From assembly GCF_046105845.1 (NCBI RefSeq), contig NZ_CP151004.1: a stretch of 64,000 nt of DNA; one strand, written 5' to 3'. The notes beneath the pieces were generated by a model. It did no database searches. It was given only the letters and a program-made list of their open reading frames with translations, and was not told the origin of the DNA. The stretch comes from Escherichia coli. Lineage in GTDB: Bacteria; Pseudomonadota; Gammaproteobacteria; Enterobacterales; Enterobacteriaceae. The first letter of the stretch is position 1. Each line of letters begins with the position of its first letter. Shown here one piece after another: positions 1 through 12,162 of the stretch. Position numbers and translations under genes: made by a program.

Positions 1-426
1 CTGTTCGACCGCCCACGCCAGCCCTTCAGCAAAACGTTGCTGGGTGCCTTCGTCGTGGTCTTCGTAATAGACGTCATAACCCGCCAGTTGAATGGTGCGA
101 ATGCCGAGATCGCGCGCCAGGCGAATCGCTTTACTCATGATTTCCCGCGCCCGTTCGCGCACCGCCTCGTCCCGGCTGCCAAAGGGAAAGCGACGATGTG
201 CGGACAGGCACATTGACGGAATGGCAACACCCGTTTCGATCATCGCAGTGACCAGCGAAGCACGTTGTGCGGCGCTCCAGTCAAGGCGTGACAAACGTTC
301 GTCAGTTTCATCCACCGACATTTCGACAAAATCAAAACCGCAGCTTTTCGCCAGCACCAGCCGCTCGGGCCAGGAGAGATCTTTCGCCAGCGCTTTTTCA
401 TAAATCCCTAACGGATGATTACGCAC
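1..426 (-). CDS. sgbU: L-xylulose/L-ribulose-5-phosphate 3-epimerase, N-terminal part only (gene runs off the window start); GTG start at 424-426 overlapping the sgbH stop
   Basis: Reverse-complement translation gives (V/M)[11 protein letters not shown]... at 426 and ...[20 protein letters not shown] at 1-60, matching SgbU as remembered; GGGGAGG Shine-Dalgarno just upstream; position downstream of sgbH as in K-12. Confidence 0.8.
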   Translation of the reverse strand, partial: MRNHPLGIYEKALAKDLSWPERLVLAKSCGFDFVEMSVDETDERLSRLDWSAAQRASLVTAMIETGVAIPSMCLSAHRRFPFGSRDEAVRERAREIMSKAIRLARDLGIRTIQLAGYDVYYEDHDEGTQQRFAEGLAWAVEQ

Positions 427-1081
427 GCGCGCCTCCCCAGATGGCATCAATTTGCGCATGGAAATCGCCTGCCACCTGTGCCGGATTTGCCGCGCCTGCC
501 AGCGCCCGTCCGGCAATAAACGCCTTTACGCGGATATCTTTAAACAGTGGCAGATCAGCAGGAGTAATACCGCCGGTAATGGAAAGCTCAAAGCCGATAT
601 CGGAAAGCGCCTTCATGCGTGCCAGATCGGCTTCGCCCCACTGTTGCCCGCTGGCCTGCGCGTCACGACCGCGATGATAAATGGCCTGCCGCACGCCAAT
701 ACGATGCCAGTCGCGGGCGTCGTCCAGCGTCCAGTTACCGAACAGCTCTATCTGAATTTCACCACCGCAGCGTTGCGCCATGGCGTGGCCTTTTTCCACC
801 GTCGCGAGCGGCGCGGCGCAGATGATGGTCATCCAGTTAGCGCCTGCGCCAAACGCCTGTTGCGCGAGCGTTTCACCAGCGTCGGCGACCTTCCAGTCAG
901 CAACGATGATTTTGTCCGGGCACTGTTCGCGCAAGGCTTTCACCGCGCCAAGCCCTTCGTTTAAACAGAGAATGGTGCCCGCTTCGACGATATCGACGCT
1001 GTCTTTTAACAGCGTCACGTCGCGCTGCGCGGCTTCAAGTGATGAGTGGTCGAGGGCCAGTTGCAGAAGTGGTCGGCTCAT
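419..1081 (-). CDS. sgbH: 3-keto-L-gulonate-6-phosphate decarboxylase
   Basis: 220-aa [25 protein letters not shown]...; size and synteny with lyxK/sgbU. Confidence 0.9.
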   Translation of the reverse strand: MSRPLLQLALDHSSLEAAQRDVTLLKDSVDIVEAGTILCLNEGLGAVKALREQCPDKIIVADWKVADAGETLAQQAFGAGANWMTIICAAPLATVEKGHAMAQRCGGEIQIELFGNWTLDDARDWHRIGVRQAIYHRGRDAQASGQQWGEADLARMKALSDIGFELSITGGITPADLPLFKDIRVKAFIAGRALAGAANPAQVAGDFHAQIDAIWGGARA

Positions 1082-2574
1082 AATGTGTGCTCCTTGATGC
1101 GGGCGTGATAACCCTGAAGTGCGGCAATGAGATGCTGATAACGTTGATATTTTTGTTGATAAAGCTGATGGGCGGTCATATCCGGCAGCAGTGTGCGCAC
1201 CGGGTGCTGCAAGTCACGTTGGGCTTCGCTGAAATCGCGATAAACCCCGGTGCCGACGCTGGCGGCAAGCGCCGCGCCAAAACAGCCGGTTTCTTCCACC
1301 TGCGGCAGTTCGATACGCAGCCCGCTGACGTCCGCCAGCATTTGCATCCAGACATCGGAATGCGCCGGGCCGCCAGTGACGCGCAGGGTGTGCACATCAG
1401 TAAAACGTTCGCGCATTCGGTTGAGATGGGTCATATGGCTGAACACCACGCCTTCATAAATGGCCTGCAACAGGTGTGCGCGGGTGTGAATGGCCTGCAT
1501 CCCGTAGAAACCGCTGGTCATCTCGAGTCCGGCGTTGCTGCCGTACAGGAACGGCAGGAAAAAGAGATCGCCCCCAGCCTTCGGCAAGCTGGCAACGGCC
1601 TGGTTGATCTCTGCAAATGAGATTTCTCCCCACTGTGCGGTAAACCATTCGAGGTTGCCGGAAGAGGTGGGGCTGGCTTCGTGAACGATAAATTGACCAT
1701 CGTTAACGTAGCGACCATAGACATACGGATGCGCTTCACCGTCACGTAAACCACGGGTTATGCCGCTGGTCACCGCCCAGGTGCCCATCACCGCATTAAG
1801 GGTAAATTCGTCTTCGATCCCGGCACAGAGTGCGGTGGAAACCACATCAAACAGGCCGCCGACAACGGGCGTGCCCGCTTTCAGACCGGTCAGTGCGGCT
1901 GTCTGAGCGGTGATCTCCCCGCAGATTTCGGCAGATCCGACAACAGGCGGCAGGGCGTGGTTGATTTCAGCGATCCCAAGCCAGTCGGTGAGGCACGGGT
2001 CATATTCCCCAAGACTCATGTTGTAGAGATTGGACTCAGAAATATTGCTCTCTTCGCAACCTTTGACGCCGGTTAAACACCAGCGCAGGTAGTCGTGCGT
2101 CATCATCACGCAGCCAATTTGCGCGTAGCGTTCCGGTTCGTGCTCTTTCAGCCAGCGTAACAGCGACACCGGATGCCCGGTCCACAAGGTTTGTCGGGTC
2201 AGCGGGTAGAGTTTTTCCGGGATGCCATCTTCCTGCCAGCGACGAACGATTTCCATCGCCCGGCGATCCGAGGACAAAATGGCGTTACCGAGCGGCTTGT
2301 TGTTTTTATCCAGCAAAAACAAGCCCTTTCCCTGCGCGGAGATGCCGATACCGACAATTTGTTCCCCGCTGACGCCGGAATGGGTAAGCAGGGCGCGAAT
2401 GACAGCCATGCAGCATTGCCACAGCTCTGCCATGTCGCGCTCTGCCCAGCCTGGCTGTGGACTTAATGCGCACAGCGGCAGGCGCTGCACGCCCGCCTCC
2501 CGGCCTTCTCGGTCATACAGCCCGGCTTTCAGCCAGCTACCGCCACAATCTAACCCCAGCCAGTATTGCGTCAT
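1078..2574 (-). CDS. lyxK: L-xylulose kinase
   Basis: 498-aa ORF MTQYWLGLDCGGSWLKAGLYD... (FGGY sugar kinase); stop overlaps sgbH start. Confidence 0.9.
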   Translation of the reverse strand: MTQYWLGLDCGGSWLKAGLYDREGREAGVQRLPLCALSPQPGWAERDMAELWQCCMAVIRALLTHSGVSGEQIVGIGISAQGKGLFLLDKNNKPLGNAILSSDRRAMEIVRRWQEDGIPEKLYPLTRQTLWTGHPVSLLRWLKEHEPERYAQIGCVMMTHDYLRWCLTGVKGCEESNISESNLYNMSLGEYDPCLTDWLGIAEINHALPPVVGSAEICGEITAQTAALTGLKAGTPVVGGLFDVVSTALCAGIEDEFTLNAVMGTWAVTSGITRGLRDGEAHPYVYGRYVNDGQFIVHEASPTSSGNLEWFTAQWGEISFAEINQAVASLPKAGGDLFFLPFLYGSNAGLEMTSGFYGMQAIHTRAHLLQAIYEGVVFSHMTHLNRMRERFTDVHTLRVTGGPAHSDVWMQMLADVSGLRIELPQVEETGCFGAALAASVGTGVYRDFSEAQRDLQHPVRTLLPDMTAHQLYQQKYQRYQHLIAALQGYHARIKEHTL

Positions 2575-2577
2575 GGT

Positions 2578-3564
2578 TTATTGCACCTCATCCACGGCTT
2601 TCAGCAGATCAGCTCCCTGCGGCACATCTTTAACAAACATGTCGCGAACCTGATTCCCCAGTGCGTCGCTAAAGGCTTTGCGGTCGAGATCGGTGATGAC
2701 TTCCACGCCCGCTTCTTTCATGCCATCGATGATTTTTTGCTGATCTTCGGCAACCAGTTTGCGCTGGTAGTTACCCGCTTCCTGCGCAGATGAGATCAGC
2801 GCCTGCTGGAACTCCGGGGTTAAGCCGTCAAACTTCGCTTTGTTGATCACCACCAGAAGCGGGGAGTAGGCGTGGTGCGTCAGAGAAAGGTACTTCTGTA
2901 CTTCGAAAAATTTTGCTGACCAGACGACGTTGATCGGGTGTTCCTGAGCGTCGATAGTGCGCGTTTCCAGCCCGGTATAGACTTCGGCAAACGGCATCGG
3001 GATCGGGTTAGCGCCAAAGACTTTGAATGCGGCGATATTCATCGGGCTATTGTTGGTGCGAATTTTCAGCCCTTTCAGGTCGGCGGGGGTTTTAACCGGT
3101 GCGCGCGAGTTGGTGACATCGCGCCAGCCGTTTTCCCAGTAGGCAAGTACTTTCAGTCCTTTACCTTCAAGTGATGCTTTCAAATCATCACCGACTTTGC
3201 CGTCGAGCGTTTTATGCGCGTGAGCGGTATCGCGGAACAGGAAAGGGACATCAAGCAAGTTCATCACTGGTGATAACCCGGCAAAGTTATTCGAGCCGGA
3301 CATTTCCATATCGATGGTGCCGCCACGTACGCCGCTGATCATCGCCTGCGCGTTACCGAGAGTGCTGTCCGGGAACAGTTTTAATTTCAGCTCGCCTTTG
3401 GTTCTCTCCTGCAATAAATCATTGAATTTTTTCGCCGCAATATGTTGCGAGTCGGTTTGTGAGGTTTCATAACCGAAACGTAAAGACTGCGCCGCCATTG
3501 AAGATGTACTAAATGCAGCCAGGCCAGCAATGAATAATGCGTAGGTTACAGAGCGTAATTTCAT
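2578..3564 (-). CDS. yiaO: TRAP transporter periplasmic solute-binding protein (2,3-diketo-L-gulonate)
   Basis: 328-aa ORF with signal peptide MKLRSVTYALFIAGLAAFSTSSMAA; yiaMNO synteny. Confidence 0.9.
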   Translation of the reverse strand: MKLRSVTYALFIAGLAAFSTSSMAAQSLRFGYETSQTDSQHIAAKKFNDLLQERTKGELKLKLFPDSTLGNAQAMISGVRGGTIDMEMSGSNNFAGLSPVMNLLDVPFLFRDTAHAHKTLDGKVGDDLKASLEGKGLKVLAYWENGWRDVTNSRAPVKTPADLKGLKIRTNNSPMNIAAFKVFGANPIPMPFAEVYTGLETRTIDAQEHPINVVWSAKFFEVQKYLSLTHHAYSPLLVVINKAKFDGLTPEFQQALISSAQEAGNYQRKLVAEDQQKIIDGMKEAGVEVITDLDRKAFSDALGNQVRDMFVKDVPQGADLLKAVDEVQ

Positions 3565-3576
3565 AATATTTTCCTT

Positions 3577-4854
3577 TTAATTAATCCATTTCAAAGGGAG
3601 GATGATGAGATCGGGAATAAAAACAAATACGACTAATAATGAATATAAAACCAGGACGTAAGGGAAAACGCCTCTGACTGCATCATCGAATTTGAGTTTT
3701 GCCACCCCTGAAATAACGTTAAGCACATTACCGATAGGCGGTGTAATTAAGCCGATTGAGCAGTTAATGATAAACATGACACCGAAATAAATCGGATCGA
3801 TTCCTGCCTCTTTAACTAAAGGCATTAATACCGGGGTAAGAATTAATACCGTCGGCGTTAAATCCATGACCATGCCGACAATCAGGATAGCCACCATAAT
3901 GACGATAAACAGCAGACGCGGTGAATCGACCAGCGGTTGCAGTAAATCAGAAACCATCATCGGCAGTTCAGCAATGGTGATCAGCCAGGCGGAAACTTGT
4001 GCCGAGGCCACCAGAAACATCACCACTGAGGTCGTTTTCGCTGCGCCAATGAGCACATGCCAAAGTGTGGCGAAGGTCATTTCACGGTAAATAACTGTGG
4101 CGACAAACAGCGCATAGAAAGCAGCAACGGCCCCGGCTTCGGTAGGGGTAAACAGACCGGAGCGAAACCCGCCAATAATGATGACTGGAAGAAACAGCGC
4201 CCAGATACCGGAGACAAAAGAGTGCCAGATTTCCTGCATCGTTGCTTTTTGCTGGCGGGGTAAATTAAGGCGACTGGCCTGCCACCACCAGGTAAGCATC
4301 AGCGTTGCGCCCATCATCATGCCAGGGGCAATGCCCGCCATAAACAGCTTACTGATGGATAATCCGCTGGAAACGCCGAAAATAATAAACGGAATGGAAG
4401 GGGGAATAATTGGCGCGATAATGCCGCCAGAGGCAATCAGCCCCGCCGCCCGGTTGACCGGGTAGTTGGCGCTGCGCATCATCGGCACCAGTAGAGCGGC
4501 AACGGCGGCGGTATCCGCAACGGCAGAACCAGAAAGGCTTGCCATAATCATAGCCGCCAGCACGCCGACGTAGCCCAGCCCGCCTGGTTTATGCCCCACC
4601 AGTTTCATCGGCAGGTCAACAATGCGTTTTGACAAGCCGCCCGCATTCATGATTTCACCCGCCAGCACAAAGAACGGAATCGCCAGCAGGGAGAAGCTGT
4701 CGGCTCCGTTCACCAGCGTTTGTGCCATGATCTGGACATCAAACATATCCAGCCAGAACATTAACGCCGCCCCGCACAACAAAAGTGCCCAGGCAATAGG
4801 CAAACCGATAGCAATGCCACCCAACAGGCAGCCCAGAAAAATCAGCACAGCCAT
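3577..4854 (-). CDS. yiaN: TRAP transporter large permease subunit
   Basis: 425-aa highly hydrophobic ORF; synteny. Confidence 0.9.
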   Translation of the reverse strand: MAVLIFLGCLLGGIAIGLPIAWALLLCGAALMFWLDMFDVQIMAQTLVNGADSFSLLAIPFFVLAGEIMNAGGLSKRIVDLPMKLVGHKPGGLGYVGVLAAMIMASLSGSAVADTAAVAALLVPMMRSANYPVNRAAGLIASGGIIAPIIPPSIPFIIFGVSSGLSISKLFMAGIAPGMMMGATLMLTWWWQASRLNLPRQQKATMQEIWHSFVSGIWALFLPVIIIGGFRSGLFTPTEAGAVAAFYALFVATVIYREMTFATLWHVLIGAAKTTSVVMFLVASAQVSAWLITIAELPMMVSDLLQPLVDSPRLLFIVIMVAILIVGMVMDLTPTVLILTPVLMPLVKEAGIDPIYFGVMFIINCSIGLITPPIGNVLNVISGVAKLKFDDAVRGVFPYVLVLYSLLVVFVFIPDLIILPLKWIN

Positions 4855-4856
4855 GA

Positions 4857-5330
4857 TTAAGCTCCTTGCGGTGGCGGAGTTAGAGAATTACTACGCGTGA
4901 TGAGTTGATATAAATGACGCAGTTCAAAGAATGCGATAACGAGGCTGGTGGGCAGACAAGCGGCATACATCAGGCCGATAGGCAAACCGAGGATCGGTGA
5001 ATAATCGCTCCAGTCCTGAATTGTTTTTAGCGTTGCGCCCCAGGCCAGTGCGCCACAAATAAATAAGATTAAGGAATGGGTAACCAGAGCGACTCGTCGC
5101 TGCCATGCGGGGGAGAGTTTCTCCACCAGAAAGGTGACCTGAACGTGGGCGTTATCCATAAAAGCCACAATCGCGCCAATAAATGTTAACCAGACAAATA
5201 AATAACGTGACAATTCATCTACAGATAAAATGCTTGTCTGAAAACCATATCTTAAAATAATGTTTATAAACACAATACAGGAAAGTACGGCGAGATTAAT
5301 CGCCAGTATTGCTTCAAGTATTTTTTTCAT
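4857..5330 (-). CDS. yiaM: TRAP transporter small permease subunit
   Basis: 157-aa hydrophobic [18 protein letters not shown]...; synteny. Confidence 0.9.
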   Translation of the reverse strand: MKKILEAILAINLAVLSCIVFINIILRYGFQTSILSVDELSRYLFVWLTFIGAIVAFMDNAHVQVTFLVEKLSPAWQRRVALVTHSLILFICGALAWGATLKTIQDWSDYSPILGLPIGLMYAACLPTSLVIAFFELRHLYQLITRSNSLTPPPQGA

Positions 5331-5447
5331 AGCTATTCCTTGAGGCTATGTCTGTCATAATTCAAGTTGCATGTGCAGCAACCTAAATTATTAATATAGT
5401 TAGAGCAATAACATTACCCAGGCGTTCTGGCGTAGACGATTATTCGA

Positions 5448-6924
<1,477 letters not shown>

Positions 6925-7125
6925 CCCTGGCTTCCTTGTTTTTTTTGATCGCTTTTTTGGCTTAAAATTTCAATATGCGAAATCTGATTTCAAATATATC
7001 GATCGCTTTTTAACAAAGCAATCTGATTGATGAATTTCAAAAAACTTAAAAATCAAGTGGTTATAAATTATCTGTCGAGATCGTGAACTACGACACACTT
7101 TGCGCTACCATCAGGACGCGACAAA
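6925..7125. promoter_or_regulatory. Divergent yiaK / yiaJ promoter-operator region (AT-rich, repeated ATCTGATT motifs)
   Basis: 201-bp AT-rich intergenic between divergently oriented yiaK and the IclR-type repressor gene yiaJ; repeated gaaatctgatttcaaa / caatctgattgatgaa motifs seen; exact operator and CRP/IHF positions not resolved. Confidence 0.5.
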
Positions 7126-7974
7126 ATGGGGAAAGAAGTGATGGGAAAAAAAGAGAACGAGATGGCGCAGGAAAAAGAGCGTCCAGCCGGAAGCCAGAGT
7201 CTGTTTCGCGGGTTGATGCTGATTGAGATTTTGAGCAACTATCCAAACGGTTGTCCGTTGGCGCATCTTTCGGAACTGGCTGGTTTAAATAAGAGTACCG
7301 TCCATCGCTTATTGCAGGGATTACAGTCCTGCGGCTATGTGACCACCGCGCCCGCCGCAGGGAGTTACCGCCTGACTACCAAATTTATTGCCGTCGGGCA
7401 GAAGGCGCTGTCTTCGCTGAATATCATTCATATCGCCGCTCCGCATCTTGAGGCACTGAACATCGCCACTGGTGAAACCATTAACTTCTCCAGCCGCGAA
7501 GACGATCACGCTATTTTGATTTATAAGCTGGAACCCACAACCGGGATGCTGCGAACCCGTGCCTATATAGGCCAGCATATGCCGCTCTACTGTTCCGCAA
7601 TGGGCAAGATCTACATGGCGTTTGGTCACCCGGACTACGTGAAGTCATACTGGGAAAGCCATCAGCATGAGATCCAGCCGTTAACCCGCAATACCATTAC
7701 CGAGCTGCCCGCGATGTTCGACGAACTGGCGCACATTCGTGAAAGCGGAGCGGCGATGGACAGAGAAGAAAACGAACTCGGCGTCTCCTGTATTGCTGTT
7801 CCGGTGTTTGATATTCATGGGCGGGTGCCGTACGCCGTGTCGATTTCTCTTTCGACATCACGTCTGAAACAGGTGGGGGAGAAAAATCTCCTGAAACCAC
7901 TGCGTGAAACCGCGCAGGCTATTTCTAATGAACTGGGATTTACTGTCAGGGACGACCAGGGCGCGATCACATAA
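7126..7974 (+). CDS. yiaJ: IclR-family transcriptional repressor of the yiaK-sgbE operon
   Basis: 282-aa ORF MGKEVMGKKENEMAQEKERPAGSQSLFRGLMLIEIL...; ATG start. Confidence 0.9.
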   Translation: MGKEVMGKKENEMAQEKERPAGSQSLFRGLMLIEILSNYPNGCPLAHLSELAGLNKSTVHRLLQGLQSCGYVTTAPAAGSYRLTTKFIAVGQKALSSLNIIHIAAPHLEALNIATGETINFSSREDDHAILIYKLEPTTGMLRTRAYIGQHMPLYCSAMGKIYMAFGHPDYVKSYWESHQHEIQPLTRNTITELPAMFDELAHIRESGAAMDREENELGVSCIAVPVFDIHGRVPYAVSISLSTSRLKQVGEKNLLKPLRETAQAISNELGFTVRDDQGAIT

Positions 7975-8075
7975 CCCTTTGGACAAGTGCCAAAACTTTA
8001 ACATTTCCTTCGTTGGATCAAAGCAGTAGAGACGCGCTCTCTGGCACTCTGCTGTTTTAGTGCAAAGGAGTGATC

Positions 8076-8549
8076 ATGAACCGGTTTATTATTGCGGATG
8101 CGACGAAATGTATCGGTTGCCGTACCTGTGAAGTGGCTTGCGCAGTGTCGCATCAGGAGAATCAGGATTGCGCTGCGTTGTCACCAGACGAGTTTATTTC
8201 CCGTATTCGTGTTATTAAAGACCACAGCTGGACCACGGCTGTAGCCTGCCATCAATGTGAAGATGCACCGTGCGCGAATGTCTGCCCTGTTGACGCGATA
8301 AGCCGCGAACATGGGCATATTTTCGTTGAACAATCACGTTGCATTGGCTGTAAAAGCTGTATGCTGGCTTGCCCGTTTGGTGCGATGGAGGTCGTTTCTT
8401 CGCGCAAAAAGGCGAGGGCGATTAAGTGCGATCTGTGCTGGCATCGGGCGACGGGACCGGCCTGTGTTGAAGCCTGCCCGACAAAGGCGTTGCAGTGCAT
8501 GGATGTCGAGAAAGTGCAGCGACATCGGCTACGGCAGCAGCCTGTTTGA
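8076..8549 (+). CDS. ysaA: 4Fe-4S ferredoxin-like protein (157 aa)
   Basis: MNRFIIADATKCIGCRTCEVACA... with several CxxCxxCxxxCP motifs; AAGGAG at 8065-8070 then ATG at 8076 (ORF-track start 8070 is GTG). Confidence 0.85.
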   Translation: MNRFIIADATKCIGCRTCEVACAVSHQENQDCAALSPDEFISRIRVIKDHSWTTAVACHQCEDAPCANVCPVDAISREHGHIFVEQSRCIGCKSCMLACPFGAMEVVSSRKKARAIKCDLCWHRATGPACVEACPTKALQCMDVEKVQRHRLRQQPV

Positions 8550-8597
8550 AACGTTTTTCCGGCGTTTCTCAACGCCGGGATAGTGCGCTTTGTTTAT

Positions 8598-8696
8598 GCC
8601 GGATGCGGCTAAAACGCCTTATCCGGCCTACAAATTCTACCAAATTCAATATATTGCAGAAATCATGTAGGCCTGATAAGCGTAGCGCATCAGGCA
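8598..8696. repeat. REP/BIME element (two inverted REP palindromes)
   Basis: gccggatgcggctaaaacgccttatccggcctaca and tgtaggcctgataagcgtagcgcatcaggca, classic REP consensus, between convergent ysaA and avtA. Confidence 0.8.
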
Positions 8697-8700
8697 ATTT

Positions 8701-9954
8701 TTAGTGACTTTCAGCCCAGGCTATTTCTATCTCTTCTGCCAGAATCTTCACACCCGCCTCAATTTTCTCCGGCTCCGGCACGTAGTTCATGCGCATACAT
8801 TGATGTGTATGTGGCCACGGTTTATCCAGCCCTGGGAAGAAGTTGTGCCCCGGCACCATCAGCACGCCCCGTGCTTTCAGGCGCTGGTAGAGCTGCTCGG
8901 TCGTAATTGGCAAATCCTTAAACCATAGCCAGAGGAAAATGGCTCCTTCGGGTTTATGAATCAGGCAGCGATCTTCCGGTAAATAGCGGCGAATGATAGC
9001 GATAGTTTCCTGAACACGCTGGTAGTAAAACGGTTTGATGACTGTTTCAGACAGGCGCAGCAGATCGTTACGCTTAATCATTTCACACATCATCGCCGGA
9101 CCAATACCGCCAGGTGCCAGGCTGATAATGCCGTTCATATTGGTGATGGCGGTGATGATTTTTTCATTGGCGATGATAATGCCGCAGCGGGAGCCAGGTA
9201 GCCCCAGCTTGGAAAGACTCATGCACAGTACGATATTCGGATTCCACAGCGGGCGCGCTTCGCTGAAGATGATACCCGGGAACGGGACGCCATAAGCGTT
9301 ATCAATCACCAGCGGAATGCCGTGTTGATTCGCCAGCGCGTCAAGCTTCAGCAACTCTTCGTCAGTAATCACATTGCCTGTTGGATTCGTCGGCCGGGAG
9401 ACGCAAATCATCCCGGTTTCTTCGCCAATATGCAGATGCTCAAAATCGACGTGGTATTTAAACTGGCCTTCCGGCAGCAGTTCAATATTCGGACGCGCAG
9501 AGACAAACAGATCTTCTTCCAGTCCGGCGTCAGCGTAGCCAATGTATTCCGGTGCCAGCGGAAACAGCACTTTTTTGACCCGACCATCGGCACGGCGTCC
9601 GGCGAACAGATTAAATAAGTAGAAAAACGCGCTCTGGCTGCCGTTTGTTAGTGCAATATTCTGTGGTTCGATATCCCAACCCAACTTATCGCGCAGCATT
9701 CCGGCAAGCAGTGTGAGTAGCTCCGTTTTCCCCTGTGGACCGTCGTAATTGCACAGTGCATCAGTCGCTTTGCCACTTTCCAGCATGTCGGTCAGTAGCG
9801 TCTGGAAGTAGTCCTGCATTTCCGGGATCTGCGCTGGATTACCGCCGCCGAGCATAATCGCGCCAGGCGTGCGTAAACCGTCGTTCAGATCTTCCATCAG
9901 CAGCGTAATGCCGGAGTGGCGGGTAAATTTGTCACCAAAAAGGGAGAATGTCAT
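8701..9954 (-). CDS. avtA: Valine-pyruvate aminotransferase (417 aa)
   Basis: ORF track gives 452 aa; internal ATG at 9952-9954 gives MTFSLFGDKFTRHSGITLLMEDLNDGL... of the known length. Confidence 0.9.
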   Translation of the reverse strand: MTFSLFGDKFTRHSGITLLMEDLNDGLRTPGAIMLGGGNPAQIPEMQDYFQTLLTDMLESGKATDALCNYDGPQGKTELLTLLAGMLRDKLGWDIEPQNIALTNGSQSAFFYLFNLFAGRRADGRVKKVLFPLAPEYIGYADAGLEEDLFVSARPNIELLPEGQFKYHVDFEHLHIGEETGMICVSRPTNPTGNVITDEELLKLDALANQHGIPLVIDNAYGVPFPGIIFSEARPLWNPNIVLCMSLSKLGLPGSRCGIIIANEKIITAITNMNGIISLAPGGIGPAMMCEMIKRNDLLRLSETVIKPFYYQRVQETIAIIRRYLPEDRCLIHKPEGAIFLWLWFKDLPITTEQLYQRLKARGVLMVPGHNFFPGLDKPWPHTHQCMRMNYVPEPEKIEAGVKILAEEIEIAWAESH

Positions 9955-10131
9955 AGCGGGATATCTGTCGAACTCTGTAGCAAGGAAGGTAACAATAACG
10001 CTACATTTGCTGGGGTGCAAATCGCTCTGTTGAAGAGGGAGCGGTGCTTTATCCTGCAACGCTGATTAAAGCTGACATTTTATCCTGGTTGGCGGCTTCC
10101 CGAGGTACTGACGAACGGGAAGCCGGAAAAG

Positions 10132-12162
10132 TCACTGTTGCCCAGCCCAGATGACCAGCACTTTATCGTCGCCATGCTCACGAACAAAGCCGTAGCCCTG
10201 CTTCAGTGAAAGTGTCGTTTGTTTGCCCGCGCCAATTGCGGGATGGCGGGCGCGGAACTGGCTGATTTTCTGCCAGTGCGCGACGCTGGCGGCAGATTTA
10301 CCGCTAACATCCTGCCAGTTCATATCCGAACGCGTACCTTGCAGCGGATCCGAACCGGTGGGGCCGAACGGACGCGAGGATTCATCACCATAAAAGATTT
10401 GTACCGCGCCTGGCGCTAATAATAATAACTCTGCTGCTTTGTCGCCCCCTTCACGGAACAGGCGGGTATCATGCGATGAGAGGTAGCTCAACACGTTGAA
10501 ATCCTGCAATTTCTCCGCCATTTGCTGCCAGGTAGTATCCATCTGCGCCAGACAATCGACTGCTTTCGCCGCCTGCTCCTGATAATCGAAATTGATCATC
10601 GCATCGAAGCCGTGGCGATAGTAGTCACTTTGCATCACGCCGTGGCCCCAGGCTTCACCGGTCATCCAGAAAGGTTTGTCATCTAATGCTTTGTCGGGGT
10701 TAGCTTTTTTCCATTCGCGAAGCGCGGCGCGGGCTTCGGTTTTCAGTTGCTGCCAGGCGGGCAACTCAACATGTTTGGCGGTGTCGACCCGAAAACCATC
10801 AATCCCATAGTCGCGGACCCACTGACTTAACCAGTGGGTTAAGTAATCGCGAGGGGTAAAGCCGTCGATGACTTTAGCGTGGGTATCCGTTTTGTTTTTA
10901 TAGAACACCGGCAGACCAGAAGCGGTCGTTGATTCGGTTTTGATATCCGGCAAAAAGGCCAGCGACATAGTGAGATCGTCGAATCCAGGATTGTCGTAAT
11001 CGCCGATATCGGTTCTGATCCAGTTTTTTCCCCACCATTTATCCCAGCCTGTTTTGTCGCTGAAATTAATGTAATCGTTAAAGCTATGCCAGGTTTGCCC
11101 GGCGGCAGGTTTCCAGTCGCTCCAGCGTTCACCCAACGTTTTTTTCACTTCGTCACCAGAAAGATATAACGCGCCAAACTGATACTCCTGCATATCCGCC
11201 AGCGTGGCATAGCCAGTGTGGTTCATCACGACATCAAAGAGAATACGAATACCGCGCTGATGCGCGCTATCAACCAGCGTCCGTAGATCGGCTTCGCTGC
11301 CCATATTGGCATCAAGGTTCGTCCAGTCCTGTGTGTAATAACCGTGGTAGGCATAATGCGGGAAATCACCTTTTGTACCGCCGCCGACCCAGCCGTGAAT
11401 TTGCTCAAATGGGGCACTTATCCATAAAGCATTGACGCCCAGCTGCTGGAGGTAATCCAGTTTGTTGGTCAGGCCGCGTAAATCGCCGCCGTGAAAAGTG
11501 CCAATTTCTGCCATACCGTCTTTATGACGTCCGTAACTCTGGTCATTACTGGGATCGCCGTTTTCGAAACGATCTGTCAGCACAAAGTAAACCGTGGCGT
11601 TATGCCAGTCGAAAGGGGCAGGGGCGTCAGTTTCTGCCCGTTCCAGCAGGAGTAAACCGTTGCTGGTGGCAGCGGGTTGTAACGTTATTTGACCGTTCTT
11701 CACTATCGCAATTTGCTGGCTGTAATAATCCCGGACTGCGGCTCCCTCCGGAAAAGTGGCGCTGACATCCAGTGTGAGCGGTAATCCATCCCATTTCGGG
11801 CATTCACGGACCAGGCTTGCTACCGGTTCGACGGCGTTCTGGATGGAAATCATCAATGTTGGTGTACCGGAGCGGGTGTCTAGTTGCAGCGTATATTCGC
11901 CGTCCCTGAACAATCGCCATTGAGGTGGCGTGTTGCTACAAGGTTGCAGGGAAAGCATCTGATTGAGTTTTATCGCATCCGCAGGCTGCCAGCACTGTTG
12001 GTCAAAATTTAGCGTTAGTGGACGCGTACCTTTGGGCAACTGCGCGTGGCTGACAAATGTTCCCGTCCCCTGTTCGCTAAAGGCGGGAAACCCCGGAGAA
12101 GTCCAGCTGGCGGCAACGGCGAAGCCAGGAAGGAGTGTCAGAAAACAGGCGGCGAGTTTCAT
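10132..12162 (-). CDS. malS: Periplasmic alpha-amylase
   Basis: 676-aa ORF with signal peptide MKLAACFLTLLPGFAVAASW...; glycoside hydrolase family 13 size. Confidence 0.9.
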   Translation of the reverse strand: MKLAACFLTLLPGFAVAASWTSPGFPAFSEQGTGTFVSHAQLPKGTRPLTLNFDQQCWQPADAIKLNQMLSLQPCSNTPPQWRLFRDGEYTLQLDTRSGTPTLMISIQNAVEPVASLVRECPKWDGLPLTLDVSATFPEGAAVRDYYSQQIAIVKNGQITLQPAATSNGLLLLERAETDAPAPFDWHNATVYFVLTDRFENGDPSNDQSYGRHKDGMAEIGTFHGGDLRGLTNKLDYLQQLGVNALWISAPFEQIHGWVGGGTKGDFPHYAYHGYYTQDWTNLDANMGSEADLRTLVDSAHQRGIRILFDVVMNHTGYATLADMQEYQFGALYLSGDEVKKTLGERWSDWKPAAGQTWHSFNDYINFSDKTGWDKWWGKNWIRTDIGDYDNPGFDDLTMSLAFLPDIKTESTTASGLPVFYKNKTDTHAKVIDGFTPRDYLTHWLSQWVRDYGIDGFRVDTAKHVELPAWQQLKTEARAALREWKKANPDKALDDKPFWMTGEAWGHGVMQSDYYRHGFDAMINFDYQEQAAKAVDCLAQMDTTWQQMAEKLQDFNVLSYLSSHDTRLFREGGDKAAELLLLAPGAVQIFYGDESSRPFGPTGSDPLQGTRSDMNWQDVSGKSAASVAHWQKISQFRARHPAIGAGKQTTLSLKQGYGFVREHGDDKVLVIWAGQQ

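Noticed and set aside
10094..10126. Hairpin (ggcttcccg ... cgggaagcc) between avtA and malS as a terminator
   Set aside because: No U-run follows on either strand; it may be a structural element but is not supported as a rho-independent terminator.
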